From assembly GCA_023245355.1 (NCBI GenBank), contig JAHFKN010000003.1, forward strand, positions 121,368-185,367: 64,000 nucleotides of DNA, written 5' to 3'. Made by a program: the position numbers and the translations under genes. Of the stretch, positions 19,519-27,394 are shown in pieces. Below the pieces are notes generated by a model. The model made no database searches. It saw only the letters and a list, made by a program, of their open reading frames with translations, and was not told the origin of the DNA. How positions within the stretch are numbered: the stretch's first letter is position 1; each line of letters begins with the position of its first letter. This DNA is from Candidatus Gottesmanbacteria bacterium. Its GTDB lineage: Bacteria > Patescibacteriota > Microgenomatia > UBA10105 > UBA927.

Positions 19519-19730
19519 GGCTCCGTTTCAGTTGCGTTCTATGTCCCGGTTTACACCAGGATTTTTCGCAAGAATTGCGGTGGGGAGTGCCACCGAGGGG
19601 TTTCCGCAGATACTTTAATAATCGCTCAATTTGATGCCAATCATTAAGTCCGATTGTCCCGATCCTATCGGGACACCCCTTCCTCGTATCCCAGCTCTTC
19701 GTGAAGGGCTGGGCCACACGCTATTAATTT
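19519..19730 (-). ncRNA. glmS ribozyme-riboswitch (variant)
   Basis: In the glmS leader, in canonical order: A|GCG (19722-19719), P1 CCCAGC/GCTGGG, ACGAGG, P2 AGGGGT/ACCCCT, ATCG, TCTGCGGA, P3 CGGTGG/CCACCG, P4 TTGCG/CGCAA, P4.1 TCCTGGT-GTAA-ACCGGGA (GNRA loop), P3.1 CTCC/GGAG. Confidence 0.85.
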
Positions 19731-19803
19731 CTCTGGCAAAGCCAGATCCCGCTTCGCGGGACAATTTCCGCTCTCTGTGTAAATGTGCTCCTTCCTAGTG
19801 CCA

Positions 19804-19833
19804 ATGCTACTCTTGTCAGATTCTTATTGTCAA
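19804..19833 (-). promoter_or_regulatory. Putative sigma70 promoter for the glmS leader
   Basis: Minus strand TTGACA (19833-19828), 18 nt, TAGCAT (19809-19804). Confidence 0.6.
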
Positions 19834-19868
19834 GAAAGGCCACGTGTGGTAGAACCCATAGATGCAAT

Positions 19869-20513
19869 ATGAAAGAACAACATGAATACATAGCGGTGAT
19901 GGGGACGATGGGGAGCGGTAAAACGACTGCAGCAAACCTGCTTGCCAAAGAGCTGAATTTCACCCTTATAGAAGAAAATGTAAAGGAAAATGCATTTTTG
20001 CCGAGGTTTTATAAAGACATGAGCAGATGGGCATTTCATTCGCAGGTATTTTTCCTGATGGAAAAAATACGGCAGATGATAGAGGCAAAGACACTCTTGG
20101 GAAAAACCTCAGTCGTACAGGATACGCCCATTACGCAGGACGTCTATTCGTATGCCCAAGCACAGCACAAGTTGGGCAATATGGATGACGCCGAGTGGGC
20201 GCTGTACCAGAAAATTTATCATGAATTTACGCCCCATTTTCCTGCTCCTGACCTTATTGTTTTTTTGGATACGTCCATTCCGGTTATAGAGCAGCGGATT
20301 GCATCCCGCGGACGGGGATTCGAGCAGACAATTCCTACGGATTACCTCACGTTACTGGACAGACTGAACCGCAAATGGCTGGAACAAAACACAAACATTC
20401 CGGTTGTTGTCGTGCATACGGACACCCTTGATATCACAAGAAACAGGGATGCACAGGAACAATTTACCTCGATCGTGCGGCACGCACTGCATAGCAAAGG
20501 TAGTGTACACTAA
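19869..20513 (+). CDS. Deoxynucleoside kinase (dCK/dGK family)
   Basis: GTMGSGKTT, FLPRFYKDMSRWAFHSQVFFL, RIASRGRGFE; start ATG 19869. Confidence 0.92.
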   Translation: MKEQHEYIAVMGTMGSGKTTAANLLAKELNFTLIEENVKENAFLPRFYKDMSRWAFHSQVFFLMEKIRQMIEAKTLLGKTSVVQDTPITQDVYSYAQAQHKLGNMDDAEWALYQKIYHEFTPHFPAPDLIVFLDTSIPVIEQRIASRGRGFEQTIPTDYLTLLDRLNRKWLEQNTNIPVVVVHTDTLDITRNRDAQEQFTSIVRHALHSKGSVH

Positions 20514-20519
20514 TTAAAT

Positions 20520-21179
20520 ATGATTCATATTCCCGGCATCGCCGTCTGTATATGGGATTTTGACGGCACATTGTACCGGCCGACTCCGGCACTTACGCAG
20601 GCGATTGTCGAGGCAGATTATGAGTTGATTATGCGTCATACCGGCTGGGATAAAGCAAAGACTATCGAAGAATTTCATAAAATATTTAAGATAAAGACCC
20701 CCAGTAGCACCGAAACAGCGGCGATACTGGCCGGTATTTCCGTGCAGGAAGCAGCGATTGAGTGTGAACTCTATAAAGACCGCCGGCCGTTTTTGTCCCG
20801 TGATCAACGACTTATCGATATGTTTAATGCATTAAATGGCTATACCCATTATTTTTTGGTAAATGGTATCCAGGAAAAAGTGCGTGAGTCACTTGCTGTT
20901 TTAGGAGTACCGCCGGACATATTCCGTGAAATAGTGACTGCAGAGCTAGTGGGGGTTAATAAACCACAGCTAGACGGTTTTCGATATATTCTCAAGAAAA
21001 CCGGATTGCCGCCGGAAGCCCATCTGATGATCGGAGACCGTGAGGCGGTGGATTTGGTGCCGGCCAAGTCGGCAGGTATGCGCACATGTCTGGTAAGTTG
21101 GGGCACGACAAAACCGCAGACAGACAGTGTTGACAGCGTTATCGAAGACATATACACTGTACCGGAATTACTTGTATGA
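20520..21179 (+). CDS. HAD-family hydrolase (nucleotidase-like)
   Basis: WDFDGTLY, NKP, MIGDREAVD. Confidence 0.9.
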   Translation: MIHIPGIAVCIWDFDGTLYRPTPALTQAIVEADYELIMRHTGWDKAKTIEEFHKIFKIKTPSSTETAAILAGISVQEAAIECELYKDRRPFLSRDQRLIDMFNALNGYTHYFLVNGIQEKVRESLAVLGVPPDIFREIVTAELVGVNKPQLDGFRYILKKTGLPPEAHLMIGDREAVDLVPAKSAGMRTCLVSWGTTKPQTDSVDSVIEDIYTVPELLV

Positions 21180-21388
21180 GCGCCGCAAAATCATCTACTA
21201 CCAAAAAAGAAACGCGTCCTGTCATTACCGGTACAGATAATCCGCATTATCTTGAGATCCGGGCAATTTTAGAAGCAGGCGGATCACTGCCAAAATCACT
21301 GTACAACGAAGACTGTGTCGGTCCGCGCGGCGCCCGCCCGCCCAGGGTAAACAGAGCGAGCTTTTCCGTATATCAGAAACCGCAATAG
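21176..21388 (+). CDS. Small hypothetical protein
   Basis: ATGA overlap with the HAD gene; no motif. Confidence 0.5.
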   Translation: MSAAKSSTTKKETRPVITGTDNPHYLEIRAILEAGGSLPKSLYNEDCVGPRGARPPRVNRASFSVYQKPQ

Positions 21389-21465
21389 CTTTAACACCGC
21401 TTCCCGGGAACCCTTTTTCCACGATTTGGCTTTGACATTTCACGGTGAATGTCTACTATAGACAT

Positions 21466-22575
21466 ATGAAGATATACTTTACTGCGGCAACGACCAATAA
21501 CGGCGATTATCTTTCCCAGGAAACGGCAATTATTAACGAACTGAAGCGTTTGGGCCACAGTCTCACATCAGGTGAACAGATACTGGATCACAAGGAGCTC
21601 GCTAAAGATGCTGCCAAATCCGCAGAGGAAATTTTTTACCGTGAAAAACAGGCAATTGAAGAAGCCGACTGTGTCGTGGCTGAAGTGACGAAACCCAGTA
21701 GCGGCGTCGGCGGCGAATTGGTATACGCGCTCACGCACCATAAACCGGTGTTAGCGCTTTTTTATAAGGATGCGCCCAACGAACTGTCTGCCATGATTTC
21801 CGGCAACCCCTCCGACCATTTATTCCTGGAACATTATGATGAAGACAGCATGCCGATACTGCTCAAGCATTTTCTGGAGCAGGTAGATGTGGAAAAAAAT
21901 CGCCGGGGGAAACTTATTGTGATAGACGGCGGCGACGGAAGCGGCAAAACAACGCAGGCAGAACTGCTCATGGAATATTTCAAGAAACATAATGTGGCGG
22001 TAAAAGGATTCGATTTTCCCAGATACTACAGTTCATTCCACGGGAAAATGGCGGGAAGATTCCTGGCAGGCGAGTTCGGCAGCGACGTGTCCCCGTATCT
22101 AGCTTCGCTTGCGTACGCGCTGGACCGCGCATCTGCAAAAGAAGAAATGGATGCGTGGCTCTCTCATGGCGGCGTCATCGTGAGTAACCGGTATGCAACA
22201 AGCAACATGGCACACCAGGGGGCGAGACTCCCGGAGGACATGCGCCCGGAATTTCTGGAATGGATTGACGAACTGGAATACAAGGTCCATAAAATTCCGC
22301 GTGAAGATATCGTGGTGTATCTTCACGTTCCGTGGGAAATCGGGATGGAACTTACCAAAAAGAAAGGCGAGCGCGCGTATTTGGGCAGCGGAAAAGATAT
22401 TCTTGAGGCGGACGAAAAGCACCGCAGGGAATCAGAGATGATGTATCTGTCGCTTGCTAAGCAGCGGAAAAATTGGGTGGCGGTCGAGTGTACGGAAAAC
22501 GGCGTGATTCTTTCCAAAGACGCAATCCATGAGAAAATTCTGGCTGTTCTCCGGGAGAAAAAACTCATTCCATGA
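21466..22575 (+). CDS. tmk: Fusion: DNPH1/Rcl-like nucleotide N-hydrolase (NDT fold) + thymidylate kinase
   Basis: N-terminus KIYF...ADCVVAEVTKPSSGVGGE...LSAMISG; C-terminus GKLIVIDGGDGSGKTTQ, FPRY, YALDR, SNRY. Start ATG 21466 after TTGACA/TACTAT. Confidence 0.88.
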   Translation: MKIYFTAATTNNGDYLSQETAIINELKRLGHSLTSGEQILDHKELAKDAAKSAEEIFYREKQAIEEADCVVAEVTKPSSGVGGELVYALTHHKPVLALFYKDAPNELSAMISGNPSDHLFLEHYDEDSMPILLKHFLEQVDVEKNRRGKLIVIDGGDGSGKTTQAELLMEYFKKHNVAVKGFDFPRYYSSFHGKMAGRFLAGEFGSDVSPYLASLAYALDRASAKEEMDAWLSHGGVIVSNRYATSNMAHQGARLPEDMRPEFLEWIDELEYKVHKIPREDIVVYLHVPWEIGMELTKKKGERAYLGSGKDILEADEKHRRESEMMYLSLAKQRKNWVAVECTENGVILSKDAIHEKILAVLREKKLIP

Positions 22576-23156
22576 CGACGCTTTACCTGGTCCGGCACGG
22601 GGAATACGAGAACCCCGAATATGTCTTTCCGACAAGCACGAGCGGCTTCCCCTTATCGGAGAAAGGGCGGAACCAGGTTGAGGCGCTGATACCGTATTTT
22701 ACGGACAAAGCCGTCGTTTCCGTCTATTCCAGTCCAGTCCTCCGTGCCCGGCAAACGGCAGACGTTTTAGCAAACGCGCTGAAGCTTAAGGTTGTGCTCG
22801 ATGACCGTCTCATGGAGGTAAAAACCACCCTGGAGGGCGTGTCGATGAAGCTGTTCGACGATACAAAGGGCGAATTGTCCTATTTGCCGCAATATACGGC
22901 AAAAGGCGCGGAAACCATGGAAGCTCTTTCGGACAGGGTCTGGAGTGCTCTGGAGGACTTCCGCGCACGCCATGAAGGGAAAGAAGTCATCGTGGTTAGC
23001 CATGGCGATCCGATCCGGTTTAGCCTCATGAAGTACCTCGGGATGCCCATGGATTTTGCGATGAGCCGTAAGATCCAAACCCCGCTTGCAGGAGGCTACA
23101 GGCTGGTTTTTGGAGAGGGAAGTACGCCTGAAGTATATCCTATAGTTGCTTCTTGA
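22572..23156 (+). CDS. Histidine phosphatase (phosphoglycerate mutase family)
   Basis: LVRHGE, SSPVLRARQTA, VSHGDP; ATGA overlap. Confidence 0.92.
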   Translation: MTTLYLVRHGEYENPEYVFPTSTSGFPLSEKGRNQVEALIPYFTDKAVVSVYSSPVLRARQTADVLANALKLKVVLDDRLMEVKTTLEGVSMKLFDDTKGELSYLPQYTAKGAETMEALSDRVWSALEDFRARHEGKEVIVVSHGDPIRFSLMKYLGMPMDFAMSRKIQTPLAGGYRLVFGEGSTPEVYPIVAS

Positions 23157-23181
23157 CAAGGAGGTTCCCGGGTGATATAAA
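23153..23181 (+). promoter_or_regulatory. Putative sigma70 promoter
   Basis: TTGACA (23153-58), 17 nt, TGa-TATAAA (23173-81). Confidence 0.6.
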
Positions 23182-23185
23182 TAGT

Positions 23186-23217
23186 AAAAGCGCTCGAAAG
23201 CTTTTTGAGCGTTTTTT
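23186..23217 (+). terminator. Hairpin + U-tract
   Basis: AAAAGCGCTC...GAGCGTTTTTT. Confidence 0.6.
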
Positions 23218-23227
23218 AGTTTAACAT

Positions 23228-23383
23228 AGGTTTTTTCTCAAGTAACGAAGCCCGTCCGGCGAAGCCGGATTAGCTAGATCCGATAGTAAAAATCGGTGTC
23301 AGGGGTTCACCAAACGAAAAAACAGGTTGCCGGTATTTATAGTTTTTTCTATTTGGTAAGACCCTCTGACAAGGGTCTTTTTT
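23228..23383 (+). ncRNA. Unassigned structured intergenic RNA candidate
   Basis: Nested stems GTTTTTTC/GAAAAAAC, GAAGCCC/GGGGTTC, TCCGGC/GCCGGA, CCGAT/ATCGG, then a terminator; no ORF. Confidence 0.4.
23358..23383 (+). terminator. Intrinsic terminator just upstream of the Maf-like gene
   Basis: AAGACCCT-ctgaca-AGGGTCTT-TTTT. Confidence 0.7.
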
Positions 23384-23396
23384 GTTTTTTATAACT

Positions 23397-24188
23397 ATGA
23401 ATACCGAACGTCCGACTATTACCGTTGTCACCAAAAACGGCGGATATCAGAAAGACCGCATCTACAAAGCCGCTCTCCCGGAGTGGGATATAGACCGGAA
23501 AGATCCGGAATTCAGCGAATGGAGAATCAAACAGAACGCCCCGCATACCGAGGAACGTCCCGTGTATATCGCAGAGGGAAAAGCACGTGAAGATGCAGCC
23601 TGGGTCAGCGCAGTTTGCGGACTTTCCGAAGCGATGATTGATCAGGCTCAAAAGATTAAATCAGAACGCGGACATATGTATCTGTATACCGATTCCGTGC
23701 AGTTTGTGCACCAGCCTGACGGATCGCTGACTATTCATGAAAAACCGCAGGGTGACCCGGTGGTATGGGCAACCACTGCCCCCGAAGCGATTGACCAGTC
23801 AGGAAAAACCATAGAAATCGTGAGTGCCATTACAGCCGTCCGGTGCGATAAACACGGTGTATCAGAGCCGCAGACGGTACTGGTACGTGCCAAAGCAACG
23901 ATGCGTCCGTTTACGCGAGCGGAGCTTATCGAATACGCCAAAGGAAGCGGCAACAAAACGATTCCCGATACCGGAGGCGGTATATCGCTGGCAAACGGCG
24001 GCCGTCAGTTTTTTGACACCAGTAAGCCCCTTACCATATCCGTCCAGGACGGATTGGATAAGGAACCGCAGGAAATGCTGCGCTATGAAACATGGGCACA
24101 TATTCCTGACGTAGCGCTCCGTCCGTTTATCTGCGGTGCATTTGAGCCTGCGGTTATGCGGTTAGCGGAAAAGACGAAGACGCACTAA
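23397..24188 (+). CDS. Divergent Maf-like (ITPase-fold) protein
   Basis: Motif order IAEGKAR, LYTDSV, IHEKP, QSGKTIEIVSAI, ELIEY, GGGI parallels Maf; the N-terminal SxSPRR motif is not conserved. Confidence 0.5.
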   Translation: MNTERPTITVVTKNGGYQKDRIYKAALPEWDIDRKDPEFSEWRIKQNAPHTEERPVYIAEGKAREDAAWVSAVCGLSEAMIDQAQKIKSERGHMYLYTDSVQFVHQPDGSLTIHEKPQGDPVVWATTAPEAIDQSGKTIEIVSAITAVRCDKHGVSEPQTVLVRAKATMRPFTRAELIEYAKGSGNKTIPDTGGGISLANGGRQFFDTSKPLTISVQDGLDKEPQEMLRYETWAHIPDVALRPFICGAFEPAVMRLAEKTKTH

Positions 24189-24204
24189 GTGATATAATTC
24201 CCCT

Positions 24205-25509
24205 ATGGACCACGAAATTTCCCGGCTTATCGCGTCTGAAGCCAAGCGTCAGCAGGATGTACTGGAAATGATCCCGTCAGAAAACTACGCGTCTTTGGCC
24301 GTACGCGAAGCATTGGGGTCAGTATTAACCAACAAATATTCCGAGGGGTATCCGCATAAGCGGTATTATCAGGGCAACCGTTTCGTTGATGAAATAGAAG
24401 ATATCGCCATAAACCGCGCCAAAAAATTGTTTATGGTCCCTCATGTGAACGTACAGCCGTATTCGGGATCTCCGGCAAATGCTGCCGTATTTTTTGCGCT
24501 GCTTCAACCCAAAGATGCCATTATGGGCCTGAAGCTTTCGGCAGGAGGACACCTCACCCACGGACATCCGGATATCACGTTTTCGGGTAAATATTTTGCA
24601 TCGAGCCAGTATGATGTGGAAGAAGACGGGATGATTAACCTTGAAAAAGTAGCGGTAATGGCAAGAACGGTGAAGCCGCGTATGATCGTCGTCGGGACGA
24701 CAGCGTATCCCAGGGTTTATGACTGGAGGGCATGGCGGCAGATCGCTGATGACGTAGGTGCGTACCTGCTTGCGGATATTTCACATATTGCAGGGCTCGT
24801 CGTCGGGGGCGTTCATCCGTCTCCGGTGCCGTTTGCTGATGTCGTGATGACGACCACTCACAAGTCCCTCCGGGGGCCGCGGGGCGCTATGCTTATGGTT
24901 ACCGATACCGGGTTAACAAAAGACCCCGGAATGGCCGAAAAAATCGATAAGGCCGTGTTTCCGGGTCTCCAGGGAGGCCCGCATGACAATGTAACTGCCG
25001 CGATAGCAGTGGCGCTTGAAGAGGCAAGTCAGCCCTCGTTTACCACATACGCGCATCAGGTAGTAAAAAACGCATCCGTGCTTGCCGAAACGCTGTTAAA
25101 CAAGGGAATCGCCCTTACGACCGGGGGAACGGATAACCACCTTATGGTAATCGATCTCCGTCCGCAGAAAGTGATCGGCAATATCGTCGCCGAAGCACTG
25201 GAAGTTGCCGGCATTGTCGTAAACAAAAATAGCGTGCCCCACGATTCGAATCCGCCGTTTTATCCTTCCGGCGTGCGCCTGGGGACACCCGCCATTACGA
25301 CCCGGGGAATGAAAGAAGAGGAGATGAAAAAGATCGGGAGCTGGATAGCAACCGTCATTTCTGAAGTAAGTCATTATCGTTTACCGGACACAAAAGAAGG
25401 AAGACTGGGATTTCTTTCCGGCGTAAAGAAAGAATTGCAGGTAAATAACACATTGCTGAATATAAAAGATGAGGTAGGTGTGCTGTGCAAAAATTTTCTG
25501 GTACCATAA
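24205..25509 (+). CDS. glyA: Serine hydroxymethyltransferase
   Basis: IPSENY, NKYSEGYP, GGHLTHG, TTTHKSLRGPRG, SGVRLGTPA. Confidence 0.98.
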   Translation: MDHEISRLIASEAKRQQDVLEMIPSENYASLAVREALGSVLTNKYSEGYPHKRYYQGNRFVDEIEDIAINRAKKLFMVPHVNVQPYSGSPANAAVFFALLQPKDAIMGLKLSAGGHLTHGHPDITFSGKYFASSQYDVEEDGMINLEKVAVMARTVKPRMIVVGTTAYPRVYDWRAWRQIADDVGAYLLADISHIAGLVVGGVHPSPVPFADVVMTTTHKSLRGPRGAMLMVTDTGLTKDPGMAEKIDKAVFPGLQGGPHDNVTAAIAVALEEASQPSFTTYAHQVVKNASVLAETLLNKGIALTTGGTDNHLMVIDLRPQKVIGNIVAEALEVAGIVVNKNSVPHDSNPPFYPSGVRLGTPAITTRGMKEEEMKKIGSWIATVISEVSHYRLPDTKEGRLGFLSGVKKELQVNNTLLNIKDEVGVLCKNFLVP

Positions 25510-25513
25510 ATAT

Positions 25514-25885
25514 ATGAATGAATTTGAAGGCCCGCAGCCATTTAAAACAATGGTGAGTTTAAAAGGTCTTATCAGGACATTTATTGAACGGAGCGGAAAT
25601 CGTGTAACCGTCTTAGTGCCTGAAGATCCTGAGTTTCCTGATGCAAGCCGAAAAGCTGTCGTAGAAGGTGAGGTAGATGAGGGAAGATTTATTATTCACA
25701 GTCTCCGTACGAAATCGATGCAGGAAAACCACGGGTATGCCCGCGCTTTACTCGAAGCGATAAAAGGGGGAATGGATGTAGATGAAGTTGTCGCATTGAG
25801 TCCATCTCCTGAATCAGAAGAAAAAGGTATTTATGACAAAGCCGGATTCAAAAGAGAAGGAAGAAACCGGGTTTGGAGGCGCTAG
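25514..25885 (+). CDS. Small GNAT-fold-like hypothetical protein
   Basis: QENHGYARALLE and IYDKAGF resemble acetyl-CoA binding motifs. Confidence 0.5.
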   Translation: MNEFEGPQPFKTMVSLKGLIRTFIERSGNRVTVLVPEDPEFPDASRKAVVEGEVDEGRFIIHSLRTKSMQENHGYARALLEAIKGGMDVDEVVALSPSPESEEKGIYDKAGFKREGRNRVWRR

Positions 25886-25891
25886 AGGGGG

Positions 25892-25920
25892 TTGTATAAG
25901 TTTGGGGTTTATTGTATACT
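25892..25920 (+). promoter_or_regulatory. rpsB promoter
   Basis: TTGTAT, 17 nt, TATACT. Confidence 0.6.
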
Positions 25921-25928
25921 ATCTTTAT

Positions 25929-26023
25929 CACGCACATCCGAAGATGTATCTCTCCCTTTAAGGGCATCGGATGGAAGGTCAAGAGATACGCGATGTAAAC
26001 ACGCGCGTATCGCGTGTTTTTTT
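25929..26023 (+). promoter_or_regulatory. Structured rpsB leader with terminator/antiterminator
   Basis: CATCCGA/TCGGATG; GTATCTCT/AGAGATAC; GATACGCG/CGCGTATC; AAACACGCG/CGCGTGTTT + U-tract. Confidence 0.65.
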
Positions 26024-26033
26024 ATAAACTATT

Positions 26034-26864
26034 ATGCAAGACATAACACTGGAGCAATTATTGGAGGCGGGGTGTCATTTCGGTCACAAAGCGGAGCGTT
26101 GGCATCCGAAAGCTGCAGAATTCATCTGGCAGGAAAAAGACGGTATTCATATCATTGATTTGGCCAAAACTAAAGCAGGATTAGATGCCGCATTGGCATT
26201 CATTTCCGAGCTTGCAGGCAACGGCAGCACCGTGCTGTTTGTCGGTACCAAGCGTCAGGCACGCGGAGTCGTCCGTGAAGCAGCGATAAAAGCAGGGGCT
26301 TCGTATCTTACCCAGCGCTGGATCGGCGGATTCATGACAAATTGGGAAGGTGTGCACAAAAATATCCAGAAAATAAACAAAATGATGGTTGATCAGGCCA
26401 GCGGAGCATGGAAAAAGTTTCCTAAACATGAACAGACCAAAATGGGCCGTTACTTAAGCCGTCTGAACGTGGATTACGAGGGAGTATTGATGCTTAACGA
26501 GTTGCCGAAAGCAATCGTTGTCGTCGACGTCCGGAAAGAACAGTCAGCAGTCCGGGAAGCGCAGCGCCTGAATATTCCCGTCATCGGTATCGTTGACACT
26601 AACGCAAATCCTTCGGATATCACATACGTGATTCCGGCAAATGACGACGCAGTAGGATCAGTCCAGCTGATCATTTCAGCAATTGCCGAAGCGTACCGCG
26701 AGGGTCATGAAAAGTTGGAAAAAGAAACCGCGAAAGCCGCCAAAGCGGAAGAAGCGAAAAAAGCCGCGCAGGAGAAAAAGGAACCGGCCAAAGAAGAACA
26801 GAAACCGGAAGTTGCAGCACAAGAAAAACCGGTAAAAAAGGAAGCTGCAAAGAAGACGGAGTAA
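26034..26864 (+). CDS. rpsB: 30S ribosomal protein S2
   Basis: LLEAGCHFGH, LFVGTKRQA, RWIGG, VDTNANP, IPANDDA. Confidence 0.99.
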   Translation: MQDITLEQLLEAGCHFGHKAERWHPKAAEFIWQEKDGIHIIDLAKTKAGLDAALAFISELAGNGSTVLFVGTKRQARGVVREAAIKAGASYLTQRWIGGFMTNWEGVHKNIQKINKMMVDQASGAWKKFPKHEQTKMGRYLSRLNVDYEGVLMLNELPKAIVVVDVRKEQSAVREAQRLNIPVIGIVDTNANPSDITYVIPANDDAVGSVQLIISAIAEAYREGHEKLEKETAKAAKAEEAKKAAQEKKEPAKEEQKPEVAAQEKPVKKEAAKKTE

Positions 26865-26869
26865 CATAC

Positions 26870-27328
26870 ATGAAAATTTCTATCGACGATCTCAAAAAGC
26901 TTCGGGAAGAAACGTCCGCCGGTGTGGCTGATTGCCGCCAGGCATTGGAAGACGCGGCCGGAAACTACGACAAGGCAAAAAAGTTACTGACCGAACGCGG
27001 ACTTGAGAAAGCAGCCAAAAAAGAAGGCAAAGAAACATCTCAGGGAGTTGTTGCCTCCTACGTGCACGCGACCGGCAGGGTCGGCGTATTAGTCGAGCTC
27101 CGTTGTGAAACGGATTTTGTCGCGCGGACCGATGAGTTCAAACATCTTGCTCACGAATTGACGCTGCAGATTGCAGCAATGAATCCTAAAGATGTGAAAG
27201 CGTTACTTGCCAGCGCCTATATCCGGGATGCAAGTCAAAGCATGGAGCAGCTGGTGAAAATTACGATTGCCAAAGTCGGCGAAAATATTACCGTTGCCAG
27301 ATTCACGCGCATGCAGTTGGGAGAGTAA
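26870..27328 (+). CDS. tsf: Elongation factor Ts (short form)
   Basis: KKLREETSAG, ELRCETDFVAR, KVGENI. Confidence 0.97.
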   Translation: MKISIDDLKKLREETSAGVADCRQALEDAAGNYDKAKKLLTERGLEKAAKKEGKETSQGVVASYVHATGRVGVLVELRCETDFVARTDEFKHLAHELTLQIAAMNPKDVKALLASAYIRDASQSMEQLVKITIAKVGENITVARFTRMQLGE

Positions 27329-27394
27329 CGCACCCGGCATGCCATTTGATTGTCTTGACGAAACGCGTTTGCTTCACGTAATATACATAGTCAG

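Noticed and set aside
19505-19717. 70-aa minus-strand ORF upstream of glmS as a leader peptide
   Set aside because: Coincides with the ribozyme fold; no SD or protein motif.
23159-23383. preQ1, glycine, ZTP or SRP identity for the intergenic RNA
   Set aside because: Only isolated words match (GAGGTTC, TCAGG, AAAAAACTA); the required helices and cores are missing.
25892-26158. 88-aa ORF over the rpsB leader
   Set aside because: Starts inside the promoter and overlaps rpsB out of frame.
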